Part shown: positions 10,212 through 19,280 of the stretch, in pieces
Layout of the letters: every line of letters starts with the position of its first letter
Position numbering within the stretch: position 1 is the first letter of the stretch
Origin: a virus
Lineage: Duplodnaviria > Caudoviricetes
DNA length: 64,000 nucleotides
IMG/VR virus record: IMGVR_UViG_3300033066_000276
Span: 1-64,000 of that record
Reading direction: 5' to 3' (one strand)
The notes under the pieces: model-generated
Told to the model about the DNA's origin: nothing
The model's database searches: none
Seen by the model: only the letters and a program-made list of their open reading frames with translations
Program-made: the position numbers and the translations under genes

Positions 10212-10585
10212 CAGTTCGGCCTTATCTTGAACTTGAGGTTGGTCTGGTTATTCGAGCGATTTAAGAAGTAGGCAATGTTGACTGCATAGCTCTGATCGTT
10301 CTCGTCGGCAATGATGCTGGTTAAGCCACGGTCAAGCGTAATCTCGTTGCTCATCCAAGTTTCAATTGCCTCGAACACGTCGCTCTCTAATCGATACGCC
10401 GTCTTTGGAGACAAAGGCTCGAACACGCGCAACTGTACTTTCGATCCAAAGGTCGGCTCATTCACCAACTCTCCCGGCAGCGTCATCAAGATGTTGTAAA
10501 TCTTTATCTTGATCGCTTGGTGACCAGCAATCAAAACCGGATCACCCCCAGGTTCGTGGTTGAGGTTCAGGTCGGTGATCCTCAT
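10211..10585 (-). CDS. Baseplate wedge protein (gp25-like)
   Basis: IYNILMTLPGELVNEPTFGSKV...VFEPL...IETW: gp25/GPW signature. Confidence 0.9.
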   Translation of the reverse strand: MRITDLNLNHEPGGDPVLIAGHQAIKIKIYNILMTLPGELVNEPTFGSKVQLRVFEPLSPKTAYRLESDVFEAIETWMSNEITLDRGLTSIIADENDQSYAVNIAYFLNRSNNQTNLKFKIRPN

Positions 10586-11223
10586 TAGTAATCCTTATCG
10601 GGAATAGTGGCGGCTGCTGGTCTTGACCGAGCCGTAACTGCATCAGGACTTAGTGAGTCGGTATTGTGATCGATGCGAGGGGCCGAGACATTGACTTTCG
10701 ATGAGCTAATGATCTGCAGTTCATCGTTCGCCATGATCTTCAGCGGGCCAGCCGCGACGACTTTCATTTCATCTGGGGTAATAGTGATGATGGTTCCATC
10801 GGCGTGGTGTACTCGCATTTCGCCGGTGGCAGTATTGACGTAGAACAGGTTGCCGTAATTGTCAATCTGTCCGTACACGTTAGGGTAATCTTCATCAGTC
10901 AACTCAGCCGGGATAGCATCGTTGGTTGAAGCCGAACCAAGGTAGATCGGGAAGTAAAGGTTGTCCTCTACGAACGAGATCCATACCTTCGATCCCAAGG
11001 CAGGAACATGAACGCCACCGATTGCTCCATTATTACCTTGTGGACTACCACGGCCCACAGGTACAGCCCAAGGGATATCGGCATTTTCAATCTCTCTATG
11101 GATCTCACGCACTCGAACTCTAATGCGCTCGTCTTTCAACGGATCGTTATTGTCAACGACGACGCCAATGATAAACGTACCACGGAGCGGCTGATCGCCA
11201 ATTTGCAGCGGTTGAAAACTCAT
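10585..11223 (-). CDS. Baseplate central spike protein (gp5 OB-fold / GpV-like)
   Basis: GVVVDNNDPLKDERIRVRV...IPWA...VPALGSKVWISF; beta-helix repeats towards the C-terminus. Confidence 0.88.
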   Translation of the reverse strand: MSFQPLQIGDQPLRGTFIIGVVVDNNDPLKDERIRVRVREIHREIENADIPWAVPVGRGSPQGNNGAIGGVHVPALGSKVWISFVEDNLYFPIYLGSASTNDAIPAELTDEDYPNVYGQIDNYGNLFYVNTATGEMRVHHADGTIITITPDEMKVVAAGPLKIMANDELQIISSSKVNVSAPRIDHNTDSLSPDAVTARSRPAAATIPDKDY

Positions 11224-12407
11224 ACCATTTGCTCCAGCGGGTCAACAGCACGGCCAGAGCTAACCAACTTGATCTTCTCCCCATACCTACCGCCTTGTAG
11301 GTATCGTGTTTTCGCCATTACAAAATAGTAGCCACTGAGATTGAGGTTCTGATCTTGGGTCAGAGTCTCACCCACCTTGAGCTCTACTAACTGAAACAGT
11401 TTGAGCCCCGTAGCCGTCTCTACCTGTATGTCCACGCCGGTCGAATATAGACCACGCAAACGTTCGTTCTGGTAACGTGCTCTGCCCCAATTCTCATGCA
11501 TGTTTCCGCAGTCGAAAGGCAAGGTGCGACGCAGAACCGAGCCAAGCTGGTCCTTTATTTCCTTGTTCATATCGAGCACGTTGCTCTGACGAGTGGCGGT
11601 GACGTTGCTATACTCGGTTGCGGTTCCGTCAAGTTGCTCATGCACCATGACCGCGCCGTAACCACTGCGGACGTTGTTCATGCCCGATCGGCTTTGCACC
11701 ATCAGACTAACCACGTTGAACGCAGTCTTCTTACTACCTTCCTCTTGTGGGTGTAGGTAGTAGAAACAAACCTCAGGTGTCTTATCGAGACGACGGGTGA
11801 GATCGACAAACTGTAGAAGCCCGTCCTCACCCAGTCCAAGCATCATGCATGACTCTTCGTTGAACCACGAATTGTCGCTGATAAAGTGAGCAAAGCGAGC
11901 ATTGGTCATCCGATTACCGAGCCAAGACATGCTGTCGTTGGTGGTGTCGGCTTCGATCTTCAACTCACAGTCTTGTGCAATCGTTTTAATAGCCTCGGAT
12001 GCAGTGCCCGCTTTGGCCCCACCCGTAACCAGACCACGCCACCACTTCATGCTGTCATAGACGCAAGCAAGGTTGAGCACAGTTCCGCCACCACCTCCAG
12101 GCATAATGTCAGGCGCGGCGATCAAACGAAACGGAATGACTTCACCGTCTTCATCAGCCCGGCTTAGCTTAACCTCGATTGGAATGGCATCGCCGTAGCT
12201 GAAACTTCCCATCAACTCTGACGAGGGGTCACGCAGCATCAGGTCCAAAGTCGGAACGGTAGACATAGCATTGGTGCAAATGTAAAGCTCTGGCACTAGA
12301 GAGGCATTGGCAGGCATGTCTCTGCCGTTGATTTTCACCGATGCACTGAAATGGTCCTCGACGCCACCGTATAAAGCGGTTTCGTCGCGTTCGGACTTAT
12401 CAACCAT
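11220..12407 (-). CDS. Baseplate hub protein (gp27/gp44-like)
   Basis: 395 aa immediately upstream of the spike; size and synteny. Confidence 0.6.
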   Translation of the reverse strand: MVDKSERDETALYGGVEDHFSASVKINGRDMPANASLVPELYICTNAMSTVPTLDLMLRDPSSELMGSFSYGDAIPIEVKLSRADEDGEVIPFRLIAAPDIMPGGGGGTVLNLACVYDSMKWWRGLVTGGAKAGTASEAIKTIAQDCELKIEADTTNDSMSWLGNRMTNARFAHFISDNSWFNEESCMMLGLGEDGLLQFVDLTRRLDKTPEVCFYYLHPQEEGSKKTAFNVVSLMVQSRSGMNNVRSGYGAVMVHEQLDGTATEYSNVTATRQSNVLDMNKEIKDQLGSVLRRTLPFDCGNMHENWGRARYQNERLRGLYSTGVDIQVETATGLKLFQLVELKVGETLTQDQNLNLSGYYFVMAKTRYLQGGRYGEKIKLVSSGRAVDPLEQMV

Positions 12408-12775
12408 TAGATGACGACCTTCTCACCGCGTTTCACGTTGGATCTATTGCGTTGCGACATATACTCACGTTGCGCTGGGATGACGACCAACTTGCCCTCA
12501 TCTAGTTCTTGGAAGTGAGTAAAGCCATTCATCCAGTTCAACAGCCAATGGCCGGTCACTGTCTTGTAGTGAGTGTAAGCCAACAGATCGGTCCGCATTG
12601 TGCTTTGCCAATCGACACCACGGAACGGCCGCAGCTTGTTGACCATCTCAGTCATGTCAGGGTTGAAGATGTCCTGAATGAAAATGCGTTCTGGGGCTTC
12701 GTAGTCTTCAGGCACGTACTCAACATACGGAACCCAATTGCTAAGCCGAAACTCTTCCTTCGAGCTAGTTGACAT
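12407..12775 (-). CDS. Baseplate protein (gp53/LysM-like)
   Basis: MRTDLLAYTHYK...WLLNWMNG...ELDEGKLVVIP matches the gp53/GpX pattern. Confidence 0.7.
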   Translation of the reverse strand: MSTSSKEEFRLSNWVPYVEYVPEDYEAPERIFIQDIFNPDMTEMVNKLRPFRGVDWQSTMRTDLLAYTHYKTVTGHWLLNWMNGFTHFQELDEGKLVVIPAQREYMSQRNRSNVKRGEKVVI

Positions 12776-13557
12776 TAGCCGCCTCCTTCCGTGGTTGACT
12801 CTGGTGGTTCTACCGACATACTGGTAGTCAGCAGATCTTTCTCACTGTACTTGACACCGTATTCAGTGTTATCACCTCTGCCGTTGATCGTGAAGAACTT
12901 CATCACGTCTTCTCTTGACGGCATGTTGATCGTAGCAAAGGTCACGTCACATGCAGCCGCGATTGGAACACCAGCAGTATCAAACTTGGAGTCCCAAGTC
13001 GGTTGCACGCCACGCAGCACTACCGAATGGAAGTACAGGAACTTGCCGATACGGATGGAAACTCGACCACGATCTGGTTGATACAAGCTCGGCCCAGGAG
13101 CACTGAGCAAAGCGTGTTCACTACCATCTTCGTGACCGACACCACCCGCACCGCGATAAGGCTGCACCAAAGACATCAAACGGGCGATTGGCTCGCCTAC
13201 ATCTTCAGTCGAATTGTCAAACGCATCGAACAACAGAGTCAATGACAGTTCAATCGGTGCCGATGAAAGCCAGACTTGGTGCGAGAAACTCTGAGCGATG
13301 CGGTTGAAGTTGGTGAACTGTCTAGTGCCCTCAAAGATGGAGTTGGTAACCCCACCAAGGATCTGACCTGTAGCACCTTGCACCACGTTCTGAGCAATGT
13401 CGGCGACCGAACTAGGCAAGCGTGAATCCCAATTGGCTTGTGTCGCCATTGAGAATTGTTCAGGCAAGTTGGCCGTCAAGTCTAACTCAGGTTGCGTGCA
13501 TCGGATGTTCACCTGATAGTTTGCGTTCTTAGTAACGCTGTTTGGAATCTCAGCCAT
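12775..13557 (-). CDS. Baseplate tail-tube cap/initiator-like protein (gp48-like)
   Basis: Between tape measure and gp53-like genes; SAPIELSLTLLF...LLSAP...RVSIRIG...VLRGVQPTW pattern. Confidence 0.55.
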   Translation of the reverse strand: MAEIPNSVTKNANYQVNIRCTQPELDLTANLPEQFSMATQANWDSRLPSSVADIAQNVVQGATGQILGGVTNSIFEGTRQFTNFNRIAQSFSHQVWLSSAPIELSLTLLFDAFDNSTEDVGEPIARLMSLVQPYRGAGGVGHEDGSEHALLSAPGPSLYQPDRGRVSIRIGKFLYFHSVVLRGVQPTWDSKFDTAGVPIAAACDVTFATINMPSREDVMKFFTINGRGDNTEYGVKYSEKDLLTTSMSVEPPESTTEGGG

Positions 13558-15908
13558 TACATGAAGCTCCTCATAGTCAGAACGGCTAGGCCACTCTGAG
13601 TAAGAAATGGTATCGCATCAATCGGCCGGTTCGGCGACGTTTGTGGCGGACGTGCAACTGGTGCAGGAGCTGGCCGTTGAGTAGTCATCTCAGGAGGTAG
13701 CGTGGGATCTGGGCGTCGAATAACAGGTGGCGCAGACGGGACATCCGGCGGCGTTGCTTGCACTAGCCCACGCCAAGCAGCCGGTTGGATCATGCTGTTA
13801 GCATTTGGGGTAGGGGTAGCTGTAGCAGTTGGAGTAGTGGTAGGAGTAGAAGCTCCGCCGCGTTGCCTAGCCAAACTTGCCTCGTAAGTCCTATCGAATT
13901 CGGTTTGGGTGTTTCCTCTACCTTGTTCAATACCTCGCGGCAAACTTGTCCATTGATCTCGTAGCGACTCGGTGATAGCTCCTCTTCTAGAAGGATCTGT
14001 CAGGTCTCTTTGTAGATCACGGCCAGTGTCACGGCGATACTCTTCTTGCGCCAGCAGCCAAGCACCCATGTCTTGGCTTTCAGGTGAGAAGTCACGTAGG
14101 TTGTGACGATTTGCAATATCAGTCCAAGTGCCATTGATAAACTGATAGCGACCCGCCGCAGTAGACGTCAAGCCCCTATTAGGCCCACTCATAATCTCAG
14201 CACCTTGATTTGGGTGGTGCGAGAAGTCGGTAATCAGACGAGGGTTAGACTCAGTGTTGCCATACATTACATCGTAGCGACCCTGAGATTCACGGCTGGC
14301 AATCGTGTCCAACAACGCACGTGCTTCTGGTGTGAGGTTTTGATTGACCGCCCCATATTGAAGATTGGCGGCTGTCTCTCTAACCGCCTCGATCGGATTT
14401 TGAGCGCGGGCTTCTCCTCTACGTCTATTGTCAGCTCTAGGTGCCGTGTTCATCGCCAGCGGTACACCCAACGCAGCCAACGGATTTCCGTCTTCGTTGA
14501 GCATGTTCGTTTCACGCGACGTGATTTCGATCTTCTTACCAGTCAGGTTGATCTGGGCGGCTTCCAATTCGATCGGGTCTCGTCTTCGTGAACTGTTTGC
14601 GTTAGGGTTAGGGATGCCACCGTTCATGCCAGCCATAGTGACTGCCAACCTGCCGTTACGATCTCTAACCAACGGCAGCAACGCTTCCGGTCCAGCCTCG
14701 GCCGCACGGATGTTGGTGCCACCGCTGTTGAGCATGGTCTGACCTTGCAACACCGTACCGTTTGCACGACGCTCTTCAGGACGACTGCCACCAGACGCAC
14801 CAGCAGCCGCACCAGTGATAAAGTCACCAGCCGCGTTCCAAGTGTTAGCAATAGCACTGCCGATCCCACGAATGGAATCTTGAATGACCGTTGACCAATT
14901 GATGCTCTTGACCCAATTACCCACAGCAGTCGCCATGTTGCCAAGAGTCTCACCAATGGCGATGCTCATGTTCCGAATGAATACGCCGGTATCGTAGCCG
15001 ACGTTAGACCAATCGATGTTCTTGAAGAAGTCGACCGTTCCCTGCCAAGTGTTGCCAATCAGGCTTTTGATGTCTAGCTGTTTGTCTTCGATCACCGAAG
15101 TAATCAAGCCACCCAGACCACCGATGATAGCGCCACCGATGTTGCCAAGCACGGGGATGAAGCTACCGGCTAGAGCACCGGCAGCCGCACCACCCGCAAT
15201 GTTAGAAGCGTAACCCGAAGCACGGCTAGACATAAGTCCGCCTTCACCTTGACGTGTGCCAAGGAAAGACTCACCCTGGTTTTGACCGACTTGGTGAGCC
15301 CCAAGCGCCAAGCCGCCAATTGCTAGACCACCCAGACCGAGCCGAGTCAACAGACCCATGCGGCCAGCAGTAGCAGCCATTCTAGTACCGCCGCCACCAA
15401 GGCCCATCATCCGAGCCATCATCAGGTCGCCGAGACCAAGACCTTGTGAGCCACCACGGTTATTCGGATTGAACCGAGTGCCCGTCGTCAAAGCCCGGAA
15501 GCCGCGGTTCAACGTCTTGTTGACCATTGTAAACGCGCTTTGGTTCTCTTCGTGGAACCGGCGGTCGCGTTCAAAGTTGGTGCGGAGATGTTCGAGTTGT
15601 TCCTTAGCAACGCTGGCAAGGTCATTGATGTCCTTAGCCATCTTGCCTTGCGTGAAGGCGTTCTTCTGAGCAACAGTAGCCGCACGAGATTGACCCGCAG
15701 CGCCGCCCATTGCACTGCCGACGTTTCCGCCTGGGCCATCGATACCCTTGGACCCACCAGACATGCCACTCGCCGCGAGCAAGCCGCGCAAGCTGCGAAT
15801 AGTCTTCGACCCCAGGTTTACATCTGGGGTTAGTTGCGGTCTTCGAGTTTGAAGCATCAGCTTCTTTTGGGCTCGAAGCGCCGGTGAGTCTTCAGGTAGT
15901 GATGGCAC
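13557..15908 (-). CDS. Tape measure-like protein with lambda-R-type lysozyme (lytic transglycosylase) domain
   Basis: Gly/Ala-rich hydrophobic segments; ARALLDTIASRESQGRYDVMYG...TAAGRYQF...DFSPESQD...WTSLP muramidase motif at about 13930..14330; directly downstream of the tail chaperone. Confidence 0.78.
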   Translation of the reverse strand: MPSLPEDSPALRAQKKLMLQTRRPQLTPDVNLGSKTIRSLRGLLAASGMSGGSKGIDGPGGNVGSAMGGAAGQSRAATVAQKNAFTQGKMAKDINDLASVAKEQLEHLRTNFERDRRFHEENQSAFTMVNKTLNRGFRALTTGTRFNPNNRGGSQGLGLGDLMMARMMGLGGGGTRMAATAGRMGLLTRLGLGGLAIGGLALGAHQVGQNQGESFLGTRQGEGGLMSSRASGYASNIAGGAAAGALAGSFIPVLGNIGGAIIGGLGGLITSVIEDKQLDIKSLIGNTWQGTVDFFKNIDWSNVGYDTGVFIRNMSIAIGETLGNMATAVGNWVKSINWSTVIQDSIRGIGSAIANTWNAAGDFITGAAAGASGGSRPEERRANGTVLQGQTMLNSGGTNIRAAEAGPEALLPLVRDRNGRLAVTMAGMNGGIPNPNANSSRRRDPIELEAAQINLTGKKIEITSRETNMLNEDGNPLAALGVPLAMNTAPRADNRRRGEARAQNPIEAVRETAANLQYGAVNQNLTPEARALLDTIASRESQGRYDVMYGNTESNPRLITDFSHHPNQGAEIMSGPNRGLTSTAAGRYQFINGTWTDIANRHNLRDFSPESQDMGAWLLAQEEYRRDTGRDLQRDLTDPSRRGAITESLRDQWTSLPRGIEQGRGNTQTEFDRTYEASLARQRGGASTPTTTPTATATPTPNANSMIQPAAWRGLVQATPPDVPSAPPVIRRPDPTLPPEMTTQRPAPAPVARPPQTSPNRPIDAIPFLTQSGLAVLTMRSFM

Positions 15909-15911
15909 AGG

Positions 15912-16097
15912 CTATCTCTTGTTGTTACGGGCCGCTATGCGCCTAGCCTCTTCGTTCTCATCTCTAATGTCCTTGACGTACAAGGAATAAAGGAACAAGA
16001 ACTCTGATGATGGCGTTTTGTTGTTGATATGGACGTGACGTTTCGCAAGCTGGTATTTGCGTGACAGTAGTTCTTCCCGCTTATAGCTCGGGAAAAA
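15912..16097 (-). CDS. Frameshift extension of the tail assembly chaperone (gpT/gp51-like); has no start codon of its own
   Basis: Open frame FFPSYKREELLSRKYQLAKRHVHINNKTPSSEFLFLYSLYVKDIRDENEEARRIAARNNKR* fills the gap before the tape measure; overlaps the TTT TTT CCC site at the end of 16081..17316. Confidence 0.7.
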   Translation of the reverse strand, partial: FFPSYKREELLSRKYQLAKRHVHINNKTPSSEFLFLYSLYVKDIRDENEEARRIAARNNKR

Positions 16098-17316
16098 ATC
16101 GCAAGACGTTCAGATCAAGCGGGACTTTTTCATCCTTAGCTTGAACTGGAACGCCGCCTTGTTTTGCATTCTTCAAACGAGTAAGCTCATCGCTGTACTC
16201 GACGATGGTGTCGTCGGAGATGTTCTCAATGCCCATCATCGCAGGGATGATAGACTCTAGGTGAGCGATGGCCTTGTCAAGTTCAAAGGCTTCATCCCGA
16301 ACTGAGATGTACTCATCGACACCGTGACCGATCTCTTTGGCGAAGTCTCGAATGTCTTCAGCCATTGACACCTTGCCTTTGTCTCTGGCTCGGTTGTAGC
16401 GTTCTTCGGCTGTCTCTTCGCGTTCACCACCTTGGCCATCAGGAACCGCCAGTGGAATCAGGTACTCAGCACGAAGCACACCCCATTTACGTTCGGGATC
16501 AGCGTCAAGGCGGGCATTGATCCGTGCTTCATAGTCAGCGACGCGCGGAATATCAAAGCCCTTATCCCACCATTCTTCCAAACGTTGACGGGTGATGCCA
16601 AGCTCGATGACTTTGTAGCCAGTCTTCTGCACAAAGGTCTTTTGCTTGTTGCCGTACATGCTCATCCAATCGACGACATACGGCGACTTGGTGTAGCTGT
16701 TCATCCGCAGCCAAAGCATCAGATATTGGAAATCGCGTGTGGTTAACTCTCGTACTGGACGATTGATGCAGTTACCGATCGCTTCCACCAACGGCGTGAT
16801 GTTGTTGGTCTGCGGCACGGCACTGATCTTCATCAGTTCGCCAAAGCCAAACGGCCGAATGTGGAGGGACTTCCAATCATACGGCGTAAACTTGCTTGGC
16901 AGATCGATAGCCGTAAACTCTTCCTCGGGCACCTCTTCAGTAGTGCGATCAAGGCTAGTCGGCTCGGGAATTACAGCCTTTTGGACCGGGGTTTCAGCCC
17001 TTGGCGGTGGCTCTTGATACACCTGTTCGGGCTCTGGATTGAGCACCCGTTGTGAGGGTGGGGGTGCCGCCATTCTGGCTCTAGCGCGCATTGCTGGCGT
17101 CTTAGGGATCAATGTGGATGGGGAATTATCGGCTTCCTCCAACTGTGGTTGCGGTTGAGGAATACGGCTTTGTTGTTCCCGCTCATTAGGAGTCGAAGTC
17201 AGCGCCTGCCGTTTCGGCGCTTTCTTACCACGAAAGGTAGTTCCGTTTTGCTCGTCCACGTTCTCGTAATTCGAGTTGATGATTGACTCTTCTTCTTCGA
17301 TAGACATACCAGCCAT
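16081..17316 (-). CDS. Tail/baseplate assembly chaperone (gp26/gpG-like)
   Basis: IDLPSKFTPY...IRPF...ELTTRDFQYLMLWLRMNSY gp26-like motif; Pro/Gln-rich disordered N-terminus; upstream of the tape measure. Confidence 0.75.
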   Translation of the reverse strand: MAGMSIEEEESIINSNYENVDEQNGTTFRGKKAPKRQALTSTPNEREQQSRIPQPQPQLEEADNSPSTLIPKTPAMRARARMAAPPPSQRVLNPEPEQVYQEPPPRAETPVQKAVIPEPTSLDRTTEEVPEEEFTAIDLPSKFTPYDWKSLHIRPFGFGELMKISAVPQTNNITPLVEAIGNCINRPVRELTTRDFQYLMLWLRMNSYTKSPYVVDWMSMYGNKQKTFVQKTGYKVIELGITRQRLEEWWDKGFDIPRVADYEARINARLDADPERKWGVLRAEYLIPLAVPDGQGGEREETAEERYNRARDKGKVSMAEDIRDFAKEIGHGVDEYISVRDEAFELDKAIAHLESIIPAMMGIENISDDTIVEYSDELTRLKNAKQGGVPVQAKDEKVPLDLNVLRFFPEL

Positions 17317-17327
17317 CGGCTAGCTCC

Positions 17328-18005
17328 TTAAATTCCAAATGCTCGTGTAACTATCTCTTGGGCTCGATCTCTAATCGCACCAGCGGCACGATCACGAAGC
17401 TCAGATACTCCACGAGTGACTAGCGTTTCGATTCCGCGTTGAATAAGGCCCTGGATACCACCAGAACCTTCTGGGACTTTCTGGCCTGCCACTTCTAGGC
17501 CAAGCCTATCGGTGTCAATGCTGAACATGACTTGCACAGTCATCCGATTGTCTTCAGTGTAGGAGTAATCGAACGCTGAGATATCGGAAGGCCAAACCCC
17601 GTTTGCTTTGAAGGTAAGTAGTTCGGTATTGTCGTCTTCGGCTGAGTACAGTTTGAGTTCGATTGCCTTCTTGTAGTTGTTCGCTGGGAAGTAATTGTCT
17701 TCCCCATTCTTGATGAGATTGCGCCAAGCGTAGATGTACTTAGTGGCGTTGTAGTTTTCATCCTCGTACAGCATAACGCTGATTGGATCAACGTCGCTGA
17801 AATCTGGATAGTAACGGCGCGTCCCGGCGACAAATCTGCCGACAGGTGATATCCGTGTGTGCGGAAAGGTGATTGCTTCGACTAGAGCATAGTTGCCAGC
17901 GATCAGGTATGAGGAGCCTGGAATCTGCGGCATCATTGCTCGCCACCGCCATTTCAATGCCGGTGGATCGAGAGCTAGTATGCTGGTTAGATTGAGATTA
18001 CCCAC
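17328..18005 (-). CDS. Tail tube-like protein 3 (tube initiator, gp54-like)
   Basis: ISVMLYED...YIYAWRNLI...YKKAIEL...GVWPSDIS...FDY: gp19-family tube fold pattern. Confidence 0.72.
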   Translation of the reverse strand: MGNLNLTSILALDPPALKWRWRAMMPQIPGSSYLIAGNYALVEAITFPHTRISPVGRFVAGTRRYYPDFSDVDPISVMLYEDENYNATKYIYAWRNLIKNGEDNYFPANNYKKAIELKLYSAEDDNTELLTFKANGVWPSDISAFDYSYTEDNRMTVQVMFSIDTDRLGLEVAGQKVPEGSGGIQGLIQRGIETLVTRGVSELRDRAAGAIRDRAQEIVTRAFGI

Positions 18006-18014
18006 GGAACCCTC

Positions 18015-18746
18015 TTAGGGGAAGCGGAATGAATTGCTCGATATGGTACGAACTGCCGAACTAATTGAAGAACCAACTGGGCCGAACGCTTGTGAGACAC
18101 CTTGCGTAAGGGTTCGCACAGCCGCACCACTGAGTTGACTTTGAATGTTGGACAGTCCTGAAAAGAGCTGCGACGCTTGGGGTATCAAATTGGAAACGAC
18201 GCCGCCGAGAGCTTCGGCTTCGCCGTGTAAGTAATAGTCATACGTGAACTCTGCGTTGACAATGAACACGTCACTGCCAGCGCTATCGAATCCTGACCCA
18301 CCGACAAAAGAGGGCCACACATTGCCGAGAAACCATGGACGCAATTCGTTGTTGTCAACACCGATCGGAATGAGTAGAGCAGTCGTCGCGTAAGTGCCCG
18401 AGCCGAAACCACCAGTTTTCTTACCAGATGAATTACCGGACTTCGGGTCACTTACTCTAGTGCTCCACTCTTCCAACAGGCGCAGCGTGGACATGTCACC
18501 GTTCTCTAGGAAGGTGGTTTGCAGTGCTTCGTTAGACTGCTTTCTCCCAGGGAACTTGACGCTTGTGCCGAACGCTTCAACAACGATCTCACCTTGACGA
18601 CGTGAGGGGACAGTGCAGCTATTGCATTTAAGAGTAAGCTGCTTGTCAAACAGACGGATGCCGGGGATGTTGGTGAACCGAAGTTCCCAACGATTGTTCA
18701 TAACCGGATCGTCTAGTGCCTCAACGTCGTCTAGGGAAATCGCCAT
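18015..18746 (-). CDS. Tail tube-like protein 2
   Basis: NRWELRF...CTVPS...VKFPGRK...TTFLEN...LEEW...NVWPSFVGG...FTYDYY tube-fold pattern. Confidence 0.75.
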   Translation of the reverse strand: MAISLDDVEALDDPVMNNRWELRFTNIPGIRLFDKQLTLKCNSCTVPSRRQGEIVVEAFGTSVKFPGRKQSNEALQTTFLENGDMSTLRLLEEWSTRVSDPKSGNSSGKKTGGFGSGTYATTALLIPIGVDNNELRPWFLGNVWPSFVGGSGFDSAGSDVFIVNAEFTYDYYLHGEAEALGGVVSNLIPQASQLFSGLSNIQSQLSGAAVRTLTQGVSQAFGPVGSSISSAVRTISSNSFRFP

Positions 18747-19267
18747 TAACGGATAACGTGGTTATTGGAGCTGAAATAATCGTAGCTGAACATGGTCTGA
18801 ATTTGCATGGCTTGTGAGCCCTGGCCGTCCAGCACCGTGTCCGAGATTTCAGTCGGGAAGCAGTAGTGAAGGATCACACTGTCAACCAACTGGTTGTCGG
18901 GGCCGTAGGTCCGCAGTTCGGCGTTGACCGAATACTGCTTCTTCAACAGGCCACCACCTGAGTTAGAACCAACGATGAACTCGTGCCAAGCGCGAAGGGC
19001 GCGGAACGAACTCAGGTCCGTCGTTTCAATCAGGGTTGCTTGCAGAATCCGTGGGTAGGTTTTGCGACCTCTGAACTTGAGGACGTGCCCATGGATCGGA
19101 ACTTCAAAGGTTTCGTTGCCGAAGCCAGGGATGTTCGTGTTCAAGCACTTGAGCGTAAGCGGTTCTGATCGAATACCGCCGGGGATTGTACCAAACAGTA
19201 GCTCGTAGGCTTCGCCGGTAATGACATCCGGCAGTGCCTCCATTTGGTCAAGTGTAATACGAGGCAT
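18746..19267 (-). CDS. Tail tube protein (gp19-like)
   Basis: 173 aa directly after the sheath; NIPG...LKFRGRK...RAWHE...CFPTEI...FSYDY. Confidence 0.82.
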   Translation of the reverse strand: MPRITLDQMEALPDVITGEAYELLFGTIPGGIRSEPLTLKCLNTNIPGFGNETFEVPIHGHVLKFRGRKTYPRILQATLIETTDLSSFRALRAWHEFIVGSNSGGGLLKKQYSVNAELRTYGPDNQLVDSVILHYCFPTEISDTVLDGQGSQAMQIQTMFSYDYFSSNNHVIR

Positions 19268-19280
19268 TGTCTATGTCTCC

